This document shows positions 9,818 to 18,656 of a stretch of DNA of 62,576 bases, in pieces (the stretch's first letter is position 1; each line of letters begins with the position of its first letter). This stretch comes from Candidatus Micrarchaeota archaeon. Its GTDB lineage: Archaea > Micrarchaeota > Micrarchaeia > Anstonellales > SKW190. The DNA is taken from positions 1 through 62,576 of the forward strand of contig JAOAJI010000002.1 of NCBI GenBank assembly GCA_026414265.1, read 5' to 3'. The translations under genes and the position numbers were made by a program. Under the pieces are notes generated by a model, which saw only the letters and a list, made by a program, of their open reading frames with translations, was not told the DNA's origin and did not search any database.

Positions 9818-9835
9818 TATATGATGAATTAATTA

Positions 9836-10294
9836 TCATTCAACTATTAGTTTACCTACGAACATCCACATACCACAGTGGTAGTAATATATCCCTTTTT
9901 CCTTTGGCAATATTTTTGCTCTTGTTGTTTCACCGTTATAAGAAAATAATTTTACATTGAAATCTTCTAGTTGAAACGCCTTACCGCAGCCAGAGTCTTT
10001 ATCTGCGGAGAAATGTATGACAACAGGTATATTGGCTTTTACTCTTACCTCAGGTTTATCATATTTACCTGTTGCAAGTGCTCTTATGTACACGTTTTGA
10101 ACTAATTTATTATCAATATCTGTATCTGATTCTGTGGAGGTATCTATTCCAGCAGATAGGTTCGACTTTTCTAATTCTTCTTTTCTTTGAACTGAATTAT
10201 TTTCATTTTTTGCATTAGTTATCAGATATCCGCTAAAAATTGTCAGTATAAGAATCACGAGGAGTGCTATAACCAGGATTGCATGTTTGTTCAT
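9836..10294 (-). CDS. membrane-anchored cupredoxin-like domain protein
   Basis: N-terminal TM anchor. The C-terminal domain contains GCG...F and YYYHCGMWMFVGKLIVE, as in cupredoxin_1 proteins found next to copA. Confidence 0.6.
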   Translation of the reverse strand: MNKHAILVIALLVILILTIFSGYLITNAKNENNSVQRKEELEKSNLSAGIDTSTESDTDIDNKLVQNVYIRALATGKYDKPEVRVKANIPVVIHFSADKDSGCGKAFQLEDFNVKLFSYNGETTRAKILPKEKGIYYYHCGMWMFVGKLIVE

Positions 10295-10332
10295 GTTAAC
10301 ACTTTTTATTGTTATTGTAATATTTCATATAA

Positions 10333-10363
10333 CTGAAACAATATATTTTTGATAGTGAAACAA
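10333..10363. promoter_or_regulatory. candidate operator/promoter in the divergent cupredoxin / wHTH intergenic region
   Basis: TGAAACAAT occurs at 10333-10341 and 10355-10363 (22-nt register). The inverse hexamer ATTGTT is at 10307-10312. An AT-rich TATA-like stretch at 10339-10350 lies just upstream of the ATG at 10363. Confidence 0.25.
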
Positions 10364-10866
10364 TGTTTTCTGGATTAATAAAGGACCAAAAGCTTGTGTT
10401 TGCTTTTACAATACTTGTGATATCAATATTTATTTTTCTCACAACAGTAGTGATTGTTGCTTATATGCTATTTTCAGAAAATAAGTATGTCCCGTTTTTC
10501 CTAAGGCCTTTTATCGATTATCATGTTCACTTTATGTTGATAATGTCAATAGTTGGTGTATTTTCAGGTTTTTCATTTTACTTCCTTATATCGTATACTC
10601 TAAAGAAGGAAAAAAGCCTTATTAAAAAGACGATTGAACTTGTAAGGAAGTTTTTAAGCGATGATGAAAAAAGAGTCATAGATGCATTGCTTGAGAAACA
10701 AGGCTTAATAACTCAATCTGATGTATCAAGACTTTTTGGATTTTCACGTGTAAAGACGCACAGAGTCATAAAGAGGCTTGAAAAAAGAGGCATAGTTTAC
10801 ATTGACAAGCAAGGTAAAATCAATTATGTGAGACTTGTTAATACATTTTTAGAAAGCGAGCCTTGA
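10363..10866 (+). CDS. membrane-tethered winged-helix transcriptional regulator
   Basis: Two or three N-terminal TM helices, then a MarR/ArsR-like wHTH (ITQSDVSRLFGFSRVKTHRVIKRLEKRGIV). Divergent from the copper operon. Confidence 0.6.
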   Translation: MFSGLIKDQKLVFAFTILVISIFIFLTTVVIVAYMLFSENKYVPFFLRPFIDYHVHFMLIMSIVGVFSGFSFYFLISYTLKKEKSLIKKTIELVRKFLSDDEKRVIDALLEKQGLITQSDVSRLFGFSRVKTHRVIKRLEKRGIVYIDKQGKINYVRLVNTFLESEP

Positions 10867-10925
10867 TTACTTTAATGTTCATTCAGAATAGTAAGCTATT
10901 TATTTTCAAATTTAGATGTTGTTAT

Positions 10926-11855
10926 ATGCTTAGAAATAAATACATACTCTGTCTTGGGCATGCGATTCTTGACTCAAGATGTTATTTGAACGAGTTACCT
11001 AAAGCAGATGGCATGGTTTACTTGCTAAAGCCTATTCAGAACTCATGTGGCGGTAGTGCTGCAAACGTAGCTTACAATTTAGCCAAGATGGGCTTAAAGT
11101 CTAGGGTTTGTGCAGCTGTTGGAGATGGTAGCGTTGCCAAATTAGTTATTTCGCAATTACAAAAATTTGGTGTAGATACTTCAGGAATTCGTAAGATGAA
11201 AGGCAACACAGGAAGGGCAGTTGTGTTAATTGACAAGGATGGACACGTAAAAGTATTGGAAAGTATAGAGAACGCTGACAAGTATTTCAAGCCGACCATA
11301 AAGGACTTCAGAAACGTCTGCCATTTGCACATGACAGGTACTAACTTCAAATTGCTGCAATCGTTTTCAAAAATGGCGCATGATTTGGGTATAACTGTGT
11401 CTTTTGATCCAGGAAGGTCTAAGGTCAAGGCAGGTATAAAGAAGCTTTCTCCAATACTAAAAAGATTAAGCATGCTGTTTCTGAACAGGAACGAATTAGG
11501 GCTACTTGTTGGTGCGTCAATAGACAGTGTTGAAGATGTAAAGAAACATTGTGAGCAGTTATACAAGGAATTCAAATTCATGATAATTGTTAAAGGTGGT
11601 AGTAAAGAGGCAGTAGTCTACGATGGCAAAAAGTTTTATGTAAAAACACCTATTAAGGTCAAAGTTGTAGATACGATTGGTGCTGGCGATGCTTTTGACT
11701 CTGCTTTTATTGCATGTTACTTAGATACAGGTTCGGTTCCAAAGGCTTTAGCTTTTGCTATCAAGATAGCTTCTCTAAAGATACAGAGACTTGGTGCTCA
11801 GGCATTACCTCCTAAAAACGTTGTAAAAAAACTGTTCTTAAGATATTGCAAGTAA
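10926..11855 (+). CDS. PfkB-family carbohydrate/nucleoside kinase
   Basis: GGSAANVA near the N-terminus and the DTIGAGDAFDSAF signature near the C-terminus. I prefer the ATG at 10926 (MLRNKYILCLG) over the TTG at 10863 in the ORF track. Confidence 0.8.
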   Translation: MLRNKYILCLGHAILDSRCYLNELPKADGMVYLLKPIQNSCGGSAANVAYNLAKMGLKSRVCAAVGDGSVAKLVISQLQKFGVDTSGIRKMKGNTGRAVVLIDKDGHVKVLESIENADKYFKPTIKDFRNVCHLHMTGTNFKLLQSFSKMAHDLGITVSFDPGRSKVKAGIKKLSPILKRLSMLFLNRNELGLLVGASIDSVEDVKKHCEQLYKEFKFMIIVKGGSKEAVVYDGKKFYVKTPIKVKVVDTIGAGDAFDSAFIACYLDTGSVPKALAFAIKIASLKIQRLGAQALPPKNVVKKLFLRYCK

Positions 11856-11934
11856 TTGAAAGATTATTAAGCTTATTTATTTTTTAGTTTATTTCTTTCA
11901 TAATTATCTATAATATAATTCATTATCGATTACT

Positions 11935-13068
11935 ATGGCTGTTCAAATAAGGCCTTTGGCTAACATAGAGTATGAGATCCTATCTAAAGAACTAGATAAA
12001 GAGTTACAAGATAAATGGTTCTCAAAGTTCCAAATATCACAAAATTATCAAAATGTCTTTAGGCTCAAAATACAATCAAGGAATTTAATTATTTATTTGC
12101 CTAAAGCACTATTTTTACTCCAGAAAGAGATAGATGAGCAACAATCAACATCAGCTATTTCTGACGCTCTTAATGAAGATCTTAAATTTACATCAAACAA
12201 GTTCACGGAAACAGTTACAGAACATTTGAAGAATAGCAGAGTTGTTTCAATCCGAAAATTGAACAATGATCGTATAATCAAAATTTCTTTTTTTGAGCAA
12301 AGTTTGATTTTAGAACTATTCTCAAAAGGTAATGTCATTCTAGTGCACAATAATGATAATACTATAATATCTTGCTTAAGAGAAGAAAGTTGGAAGGACA
12401 GAATAATAAAAAAAGGTGCGATTTACCAGGGCCCTGTTACACAAAACATGCCTGAGAACTTCAACGAATTTAAAAAGTATATTTTGCAGAGTGATAGAGA
12501 CTACGTTGTTGTGAGATTAAGTAAATTGCCTCTAGGTATAAATTACATTAAACTGATTTTGTTGTCTATAGGTATACACGAAAAAAAGAAAGCCGTAGAT
12601 TTATCAGAACAAGAACTAGAATTATTATGGAATACAATTGCTAGGTTTTTTTCGAATTTCAAATTCATAGAATACAAAATCAATAATTCTTATGATTTTT
12701 CTTTCTTTGACTTGGCTGTTTTAGATAATTTAAATGTTGAAATCCTGAAAGAGCATAATTCCATCAACACTATGTTGTCAAAAATTTATTTACAAGAGCT
12801 TACAGATAATGAAACTCAAATATCAATGGATTCAAAATTAGATGCCCAGAGAACTTTTCTAATTAACAGTATTGAATTCAAGAACTATGAGATTAATGAG
12901 ATAAGACAGTACTATAACGAAATATCTGAGATATTAAAATTAGTTAAGACACAAAGCATCAAGAGTGGAGAATCAAAAAACTTTTCTTTCGAAGTTTTTT
13001 ATGATTCCAGTAGCAAAAGAAAACTAAAATTATGTAAAAGAGAGCAACAAGCCCCAGGAGGGAATTGA
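11935..13068 (+). CDS. NFACT-N (FbpA/RqcH N-terminal) domain protein, apparently lacking the NFACT-R half
   Basis: The pattern IRKLNNDRIIKISF...LILELFSKGNVILV...RIIKKGAIYQGP is typical of NFACT-N. Only 377 aa, and the last 19 nt overlap the convergent tRNA-Thr. Confidence 0.5.
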   Translation: MAVQIRPLANIEYEILSKELDKELQDKWFSKFQISQNYQNVFRLKIQSRNLIIYLPKALFLLQKEIDEQQSTSAISDALNEDLKFTSNKFTETVTEHLKNSRVVSIRKLNNDRIIKISFFEQSLILELFSKGNVILVHNNDNTIISCLREESWKDRIIKKGAIYQGPVTQNMPENFNEFKKYILQSDRDYVVVRLSKLPLGINYIKLILLSIGIHEKKKAVDLSEQELELLWNTIARFFSNFKFIEYKINNSYDFSFFDLAVLDNLNVEILKEHNSINTMLSKIYLQELTDNETQISMDSKLDAQRTFLINSIEFKNYEINEIRQYYNEISEILKLVKTQSIKSGESKNFSFEVFYDSSSKRKLKLCKREQQAPGGN

Positions 13069-13121
13069 ACCCTCGACCTATCGCTTACAAGGCGATCGCT
13101 CTACCGCTGAGCTACTGGGGC
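13050..13121 (-). tRNA. tRNA-Thr (anticodon UGU)
   Basis: Hand-folded cloverleaf: GCCCCAG/CTGGGGC acceptor, GCTC..GAGC D arm, ATCGC-CTTGTAA-GCGAT anticodon arm, GAGGG-TTCAATT-CCCTC T arm. No encoded CCA. Confidence 0.9.
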
Positions 13122-13336
13122 ATCAATCACAACAATCTAGGAACATAAATAGAATAAATCATTTCAGTAATATAGTGTTTATAAAGATTTTTTGGACTCC
13201 AAAGTCAATAAAAATTAGACATTTGAGGTTCAGTATGTGGAGAAAAAAGGAAAAAGAAAAATCTTTTAACAAAATAAAAATAAACAACTAAAAATACAAA
13301 AGAGCTTTCTAATGTGTAATCTTGTAGCTTAATTAC

Positions 13337-13789
13337 TTATTGTACTTTGCCCGTTATTGTACCAGTATCAGTTGCATTGAAGTTAGATTTTAAATTTACA
13401 TACCTTATTTGGATCTGTGCTGAATATGACTTACCTGCTTGGAAAGTACCAACTCCAGTTACTGTAACTGTTTGAGTTTTTCCATTTGCTATTGTTACAG
13501 GTGCGTTCTGAAGAGTACCTGTAGGATTGTTATTCCCTATAGTAACATTTATAGCAGTTATGTTTACATCACTTCCTACGTTATTTTGCAGCAATAATTG
13601 CAATTGCCCATTGCTTGTTAACTGCCAGTCTTTCACTCCAATGTTTGTGAACCCAGAGGCCTTGTTTCCTACAAAAGTTCCTTCATCGAAGATTCCTAGT
13701 CCGAAGAGGGCACCGATTACAATAACCACTATGAGTAACGCCCAGCCGTAAGTCATTAAGAAATCCATTCCTGATTGCGCTTTAACCAT
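13337..13789 (-). CDS. archaeal type IV pilin-like protein (class III signal peptide)
   Basis: MVKAQSGMDFLMTYGWALLIVVIVIGALF is a short basic leader, then Q-S-x-x-[DE] and a hydrophobic helix. A GGGTGG SD lies 5 nt upstream. The mature part is Thr/Asn/Gly-rich and looks beta-rich. Confidence 0.75.
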   Translation of the reverse strand: MVKAQSGMDFLMTYGWALLIVVIVIGALFGLGIFDEGTFVGNKASGFTNIGVKDWQLTSNGQLQLLLQNNVGSDVNITAINVTIGNNNPTGTLQNAPVTIANGKTQTVTVTGVGTFQAGKSYSAQIQIRYVNLKSNFNATDTGTITGKVQ

Positions 13790-13857
13790 TTAGACCACCC
13801 TTGAATCGTAATTCATTAATACAGTTAATGTTTATAAAATTTATCATATGTTTTCTG

Positions 13858-14538
13858 TCATTCAATTCCGTTTTTTGTAATTTTGAACTCAAGTCTTTTG
13901 ACTGGATGATTACATCCCTTTAGCTTTAATAGTTCGATATAACGCTTTGAATTGTTTTTTTTCCTGTCAAATTCTAATGATAAGTGTATATGTGAGGTTG
14001 CTACAAATTCTTCATAGCCTGAATAAGAATACTGGTAATAATTACTTTGAATTGCATCAGAAACTACTATGCAATTGCAATTTAAGTTGAAGACTTTCCT
14101 TTTGAGGTCAGAGAGATTTTTTCTAATTGTAACTAATTCTTTAGCGCTTGCGCTTAGCAAGTTTATAGGATTAATCACTATCCTTTTTATGTCTAGCCTA
14201 TCTTTTTCGTCTTCTATGTACTTTATTATGGCTTGTACTGACAATGTCTCTGGTTTGATTATCTCCAATTTTTTCTTTTTTTCAAGTTCTTCTAGCTTCC
14301 ATGAGAATGTATTTAACAAGTTTTTAACTTCCTGTTCTTCGTCTTCTAATGTGATGTATAATCCATTCTGGTTGTATTCGGTTATTCCATGAACGAGGAA
14401 TTGCATTGAAAATATGAGTTTCCCTGAACCTTCTGTACCTGATAAGAGAATAAAGTTTTTATCAGGCCATCTTTGTACGAGCTTGTCTATTTTCTTTATG
14501 CCTATACTAAATGAATGATTAGTATTAGTTTTTTTCAT
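13858..14538 (-). CDS. KaiC/RecA-superfamily ATPase-like protein (ArlH/FlaH-like size) with atypical Walker A
   Basis: LLSGTEGSGKLIFSMQFL is Walker A-like but ends GK-L instead of GK-[ST]. A Walker B-like CIVVSDA is present. 226 aa. Confidence 0.6.
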   Translation of the reverse strand: MKKTNTNHSFSIGIKKIDKLVQRWPDKNFILLSGTEGSGKLIFSMQFLVHGITEYNQNGLYITLEDEEQEVKNLLNTFSWKLEELEKKKKLEIIKPETLSVQAIIKYIEDEKDRLDIKRIVINPINLLSASAKELVTIRKNLSDLKRKVFNLNCNCIVVSDAIQSNYYQYSYSGYEEFVATSHIHLSLEFDRKKNNSKRYIELLKLKGCNHPVKRLEFKITKNGIE

Positions 14539-14596
14539 AGCAACATAATTACTTGATTATTGTTTTTAATATAATTTAGATTTGAAGGAATATGCA

Positions 14597-15835
14597 TTAT
14601 TCGTATTTTACGAAGATAGTTATATTAGGATAATCTTTGTAGATATGTCCTTTCCTTATTCCTACTATTACTTTGAAACTTTTTTCTTCAGCAATTTCTA
14701 GTAATCTTTGGGTTATGACTCCATCGAAAACAATCGCATACCCTGTTTTAATTTCTTCAAGTTTTTTTATTATGTCTCTTACTGGGATTTCAATAGGCTT
14801 ATCTCCTTTGTTCAGATAGATTCTTGCCCTTAGTGTATTTTCAAGTTCTTCGAGTTCTTTCACATAACTTTGAATATCTACTTTTTCTTTTTGAGTGTCC
14901 TGAGTTTGTGTTTGTATAGGAGTTTTTGATTCTTGAGAGGTTTGTTGTTTGTTTGTGTCTTCTTCTTGAACGATTAATTGTCCGTTTGGTGGTTTAATAG
15001 GTCTTTTAGCTGCGAATTGCTCAAAAGGTATTTTATTTCGTAAACACTTTATGAGTTCTTTTCTCGATAAATCTTCAACTTCTTTGCCTGTAGGCGCTCT
15101 AGCTACAAAATCTATTTCACCTACATCAGAAAGTGCTCTGAGTATCATTTCTCCTCCTCTGTCTCCGTCTATGAAAACAGTCACTTCTTTTTCTTTAGTT
15201 AACCTAATTATGGTATCGTTTACTCTTGCTCCTCCTATCGCAACGACGTTAGTAATGTCGTTTTTCAATAGATTGATTACGTCTGCTCTGCCTTCTACTA
15301 TTATTATTGAATCATGCTTGTCAATGTTAGGTCCAGCAGGTAATTTTTCAGGACCGTATTCTGTTATTTCAGAAGTTTTTACTTGTTCTCTGACCATTTC
15401 AGATATGACTTTACTTTCAGGTATTTCTTCGTTTAATACAGATCTTAGAAGTTGTTTTGCTCTTTCAACTATGTACTTTCTTTTGGCGTTTCTAGTGTCT
15501 TCTATTTTTTCGACCTTCATTTTTGCTTCACAAGGACCTACTCTTTCAACAGTTTCCAAAGAGCTTGCTAAAATACAAGTTTCTACCATGTCCAAAGAGC
15601 TAGGAATTATCAATCTTCCTGTAGTTTTGCCGTGTTTGGTTTCTAATTCTACTTCGATTCTTCCTATTCTACCGCTCTTTTGCAGTTCTCTGAGATCTAG
15701 TTCTTCTCCAATCAATCCTTCTGTTTGACCAAAGATTGCACCTACAACGTCTGGCTTATCCACTAGGCCATGAATTTCAAAGTTTGCATAAACCATATAT
15801 TTAACTATGTCTATGTATGTTTTAGCCATTTGCAA
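14597..15835 (-). CDS. dnaG: archaeal DnaG-type primase (TOPRIM)
   Basis: N-terminal KYMVYANFEIHGLVDKPDVVGAIFGQTEGL is diagnostic of archaeal DnaG. TOPRIM motifs IIVEGRAD and DGDRGGE are present. Confidence 0.9.
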   Translation of the reverse strand: MQMAKTYIDIVKYMVYANFEIHGLVDKPDVVGAIFGQTEGLIGEELDLRELQKSGRIGRIEVELETKHGKTTGRLIIPSSLDMVETCILASSLETVERVGPCEAKMKVEKIEDTRNAKRKYIVERAKQLLRSVLNEEIPESKVISEMVREQVKTSEITEYGPEKLPAGPNIDKHDSIIIVEGRADVINLLKNDITNVVAIGGARVNDTIIRLTKEKEVTVFIDGDRGGEMILRALSDVGEIDFVARAPTGKEVEDLSRKELIKCLRNKIPFEQFAAKRPIKPPNGQLIVQEEDTNKQQTSQESKTPIQTQTQDTQKEKVDIQSYVKELEELENTLRARIYLNKGDKPIEIPVRDIIKKLEEIKTGYAIVFDGVITQRLLEIAEEKSFKVIVGIRKGHIYKDYPNITIFVKYE

Positions 15836-15836
15836 A

Positions 15837-16238
15837 TCACCTTTTGTACAGTTGATAGAAGTTATCTATCTTTGCAGACATCTCTTCAAAGTATTTGAGT
15901 TTTAGGAATTTTCCTAATTCTTTTCTAAAGTATAGGTTAGGTTTAATTCCTTGTGCAAGTAGCATTTCAGACATTTCATGAGCTAATTTATTCCCTTGTT
16001 TATCAAGGTCCATGAGTAAAATGACATTTTTGAAGTTGTTTTTTGTTAGAAATTCTATTGTCTTATGTTTGTCTCTTGCACATTCAAAAATAGGTAAATT
16101 TATATCTAATGCTAGCAAAGCTAGTTTATCTTTTTTGCCTTCTACCAAGATTGCTGTTTTTTCTTTTGTTATGTCCTCGAAAGTATTGAGATTAACCAAT
16201 AATTTTTGAAGAGATGAATATTTATCGTAATTATCCAT
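15837..16238 (-). CDS. small TOPRIM-domain protein
   Basis: ILVEGKKD and LLMDLDKQGNKLA motifs. Lies 1 nt upstream of dnaG, so probably in the same operon. Confidence 0.7.
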   Translation of the reverse strand: MDNYDKYSSLQKLLVNLNTFEDITKEKTAILVEGKKDKLALLALDINLPIFECARDKHKTIEFLTKNNFKNVILLMDLDKQGNKLAHEMSEMLLAQGIKPNLYFRKELGKFLKLKYFEEMSAKIDNFYQLYKR

Positions 16239-16379
16239 GAGTATCCCTTCCTTGTGATTTGTTTTATTAATTGTGATTCTGTCATAAAATCACATAAAAT
16301 CTTTGTATGATGCCGTGCAATGTTGACCTTTACATCATAGATTTACTCTGCAGGCCATCCTTGCACAGCAAATAATATA

Positions 16380-17444
16380 TTGTATGATTGGTTTTTAAAA
16401 ACATTTAAAAAGTTAATCCAAGAATACATGCTTATCTTTATATCCTTAATATGTAATATACTTCTGAGAATAATGGCTGATGAAGAACTAAATCTTGAAT
16501 TTGTAGAAGCTTTTTCTGGAAGACCGAAAGAGCAGAGGAATGTTAGAAAAGTAGTAGTCCCATATTTACCAATAGAATATCATACCACTCTGAAACTGGC
16601 AAAACCGTTTAAATCAATGGGTCGGAGTCTATTATTCTTTTTTAATTACATTCCTGAGTATTTATATTCCTCTGAAATTTATATTGAACCAGATTTATAT
16701 GCAGGTATAGCCATATTGACTTTTTTTGTTTATTTTTTTGTTTTGAATTTAATATTCGTGATATTGAACATTAGTCCAATGGTCTTACCTGAAGAAAAGC
16801 AACTCTTGATTGCGATTCAGCTGCCTTTGACCTTTTTTATTTCAACAGTATTAGCTTTTCAGGTACTGAATTATCCTGTGTTATTGGCCAAAAAGCGTGC
16901 CTGGAGAATTGACAAATACATGTCAAGTTTTTTAAGGCATTTGACTGTTGAAGTCCGATCTGGAGCAACATTGTTTGAGGCATTGCAAGATATTTCAAGA
17001 GCAGATTACGATGTAATTTCCAGAGACTGTGCTGACATAGTCAACTCTATAAATTCTGGTTTATCTTTTGAAGAAGCTATAGAATACGTTGTATTGAAAA
17101 CAAAGTCAGAGCCATTTAGAAGAGTTCTTTTACAGATAGAAAGCGCCTTTTCTTCAGGTGCTAACATGGGCGAGGTGCTAATGCAATTATCTAGGACATA
17201 TTTTCAAGAACAGCAAGTCAAGATTCAGAAATATGGCAAAAACTTGGAGTTTTATTCAAGAATATTTTTGATGGTAAGCGTAATATTGCCTGTGATGTTA
17301 ACTATTTTATTAGCAATGACAGCACTAATGCCTGTGATTGAGCTCAGCTCACAAATGCTTTATATACTGTTGATAGTTGTTTTGATAGTTCAGCTAATGT
17401 TTATTACATATGCTAAAGAGCAAAGGCCTGCTGTCTACGACTAA
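16380..17444 (+). CDS. type II secretion system F-domain membrane protein (TadB/TadC/FlaJ-like platform subunit)
   Basis: A cytoplasmic helical domain (FLRHLTVEVRSGATLFEALQDIS...NSGLSFEEAIE) flanked by TM helices. The start is uncertain: TTG at 16380 or ATG at 16473. Confidence 0.65.
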   Translation: MYDWFLKTFKKLIQEYMLIFISLICNILLRIMADEELNLEFVEAFSGRPKEQRNVRKVVVPYLPIEYHTTLKLAKPFKSMGRSLLFFFNYIPEYLYSSEIYIEPDLYAGIAILTFFVYFFVLNLIFVILNISPMVLPEEKQLLIAIQLPLTFFISTVLAFQVLNYPVLLAKKRAWRIDKYMSSFLRHLTVEVRSGATLFEALQDISRADYDVISRDCADIVNSINSGLSFEEAIEYVVLKTKSEPFRRVLLQIESAFSSGANMGEVLMQLSRTYFQEQQVKIQKYGKNLEFYSRIFLMVSVILPVMLTILLAMTALMPVIELSSQMLYILLIVVLIVQLMFITYAKEQRPAVYD

Positions 17445-17554
17445 AATTTAATATTAGGATTTTTATAACCACAAATATATTAAATTCAGATTCCATATAA
17501 CTAATAGTCAATCATATGTGGATTGTGTATATGAGTGTGGGTGGTGATTAAAAA

Positions 17555-18634
17555 TTGTCAATTTCTGACCAAAGGAATTTTTTGAAAGTGATAGAAAGAT
17601 TGATAAGGCAAAATTTAGTTTATGCTAACTTAGACATATCGATTACGCAATTCTATTTAGTTTCAACATTCATGTTTGTTGTAGGTTTTTTGCTAGGGTT
17701 TTTGATATTGTCATTGGTTTTTACTCAAACAAGCCCAATCTTAGTAGGTTTAGTAACAGGTATATTGTGTTTTATTGCACCTTTTGGTTACATATTGTTT
17801 GTATCTGACTACAGGAAGAGAGCATTAGAGGACAGTGCTTCAGAGGCATTGTTACTCATAGCAGCTTCTCTGAGAGCAGGGACTACGTTAGAAGGCGCTA
17901 TTTCATCTACAAGTAGGCACAGATTCGGTCCAATTAAAGAGGAATTGGAAAAGACTTCAAAAGAGTTAATATTAGGCACAAGAATGGAAGAAGCGTTGTT
18001 TAATATTACAAAAAGAACTAATTCGAGCCTGATGAAAAACATAGTCATGCTTTGGATCTATGGTATGAAAGCGGGAGGGAACATGGCAGATATATTAAAC
18101 AATTTGGCTTTTGAGGCAAAAGCATTCCAGCTGCTTAGAGAAGAGATCGAGGCTCAAACGAATACTGTAAAAATCATGATTGTATTAATAGTATTATTTC
18201 TTGCTCCTGCCATGTTAGCAGCAGCAACAAATTATTTGATCGTTACAAAATCATTCAATGAAATGTTCAAAGAAAATTTTAAAGGTGTTAAGTCAATAGG
18301 TTCAGTGTCTTCTGGTGGAGCATTAATTAATAACATGCTATTACAAGCAATAACAAATCCTGCTTCAGGCTCCAATATAAACATACAGGACATAATTAAT
18401 TTTTCTTACTTGTTATGCATAATGTCTAGTTTTACAGGAGGAGCACTTATAGGAATTCTTGCAACAGGCGATTACAAGGCAGGAATAAAATATATACCAA
18501 TATTTTTGATAGCTTCCATACTCGTATATTATGTCACGTTAAATTTAATGTATGATCAATTGAAAGACGTGTTTGGTGGTAATTTAAGATTTGGTCCAGA
18601 CGGTAAATTAGTAGAAATAGTTCATGAAGGTTAA
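17555..18634 (+). CDS. type II secretion system F-domain membrane protein (platform subunit)
   Basis: LLLIAASLRAGTTLEGAISS...ELILGTRMEEAL, flanked by TM helices. TTG start preceded by a GGTGGTGA SD. Confidence 0.65.
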   Translation: MSISDQRNFLKVIERLIRQNLVYANLDISITQFYLVSTFMFVVGFLLGFLILSLVFTQTSPILVGLVTGILCFIAPFGYILFVSDYRKRALEDSASEALLLIAASLRAGTTLEGAISSTSRHRFGPIKEELEKTSKELILGTRMEEALFNITKRTNSSLMKNIVMLWIYGMKAGGNMADILNNLAFEAKAFQLLREEIEAQTNTVKIMIVLIVLFLAPAMLAAATNYLIVTKSFNEMFKENFKGVKSIGSVSSGGALINNMLLQAITNPASGSNINIQDIINFSYLLCIMSSFTGGALIGILATGDYKAGIKYIPIFLIASILVYYVTLNLMYDQLKDVFGGNLRFGPDGKLVEIVHEG

Positions 18635-18656
18635 AAGACTTTAGAGTGAGTAAATT

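Noticed and set aside
11072-11581. 169-aa minus-strand ORF inside the PfkB kinase gene
   Set aside because: It is antisense to a gene with clear PfkB signatures and has no motif of its own.
13122-13336. 215-nt non-coding gap next to tRNA-Thr, containing a tiny ORF (MWRKKEKEKSFNKIKINN), considered as a remnant of an integrated element
   Set aside because: I saw no integrase, no repeat of the tRNA 3' end and no coding potential. The gap is A-rich low-complexity sequence that probably holds the tRNA promoter (TATA-like ATTTAT about 27 nt upstream of the tRNA) and the pilin terminator.
15051-15728. 225-aa plus-strand ORF nested inside dnaG
   Set aside because: It is entirely antisense to a strongly recognisable archaeal DnaG. 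Its Ser/Leu/Phe-rich low-complexity translation is typical of the antisense frame of an AT-rich gene.
16239-16379. Possible small RNA (C/D-box-like ATGATGC ... CATCAT and TGTGATT-N9-AATCACA inverted repeats) in the gap upstream of the first F-domain gene
   Set aside because: The C-box-like element is not followed by a CTGA D box at an appropriate distance; the nearest CTGA is about 150 nt away. The repeats are short and AT-rich. More likely this is promoter or operator DNA, or 5' UTR.
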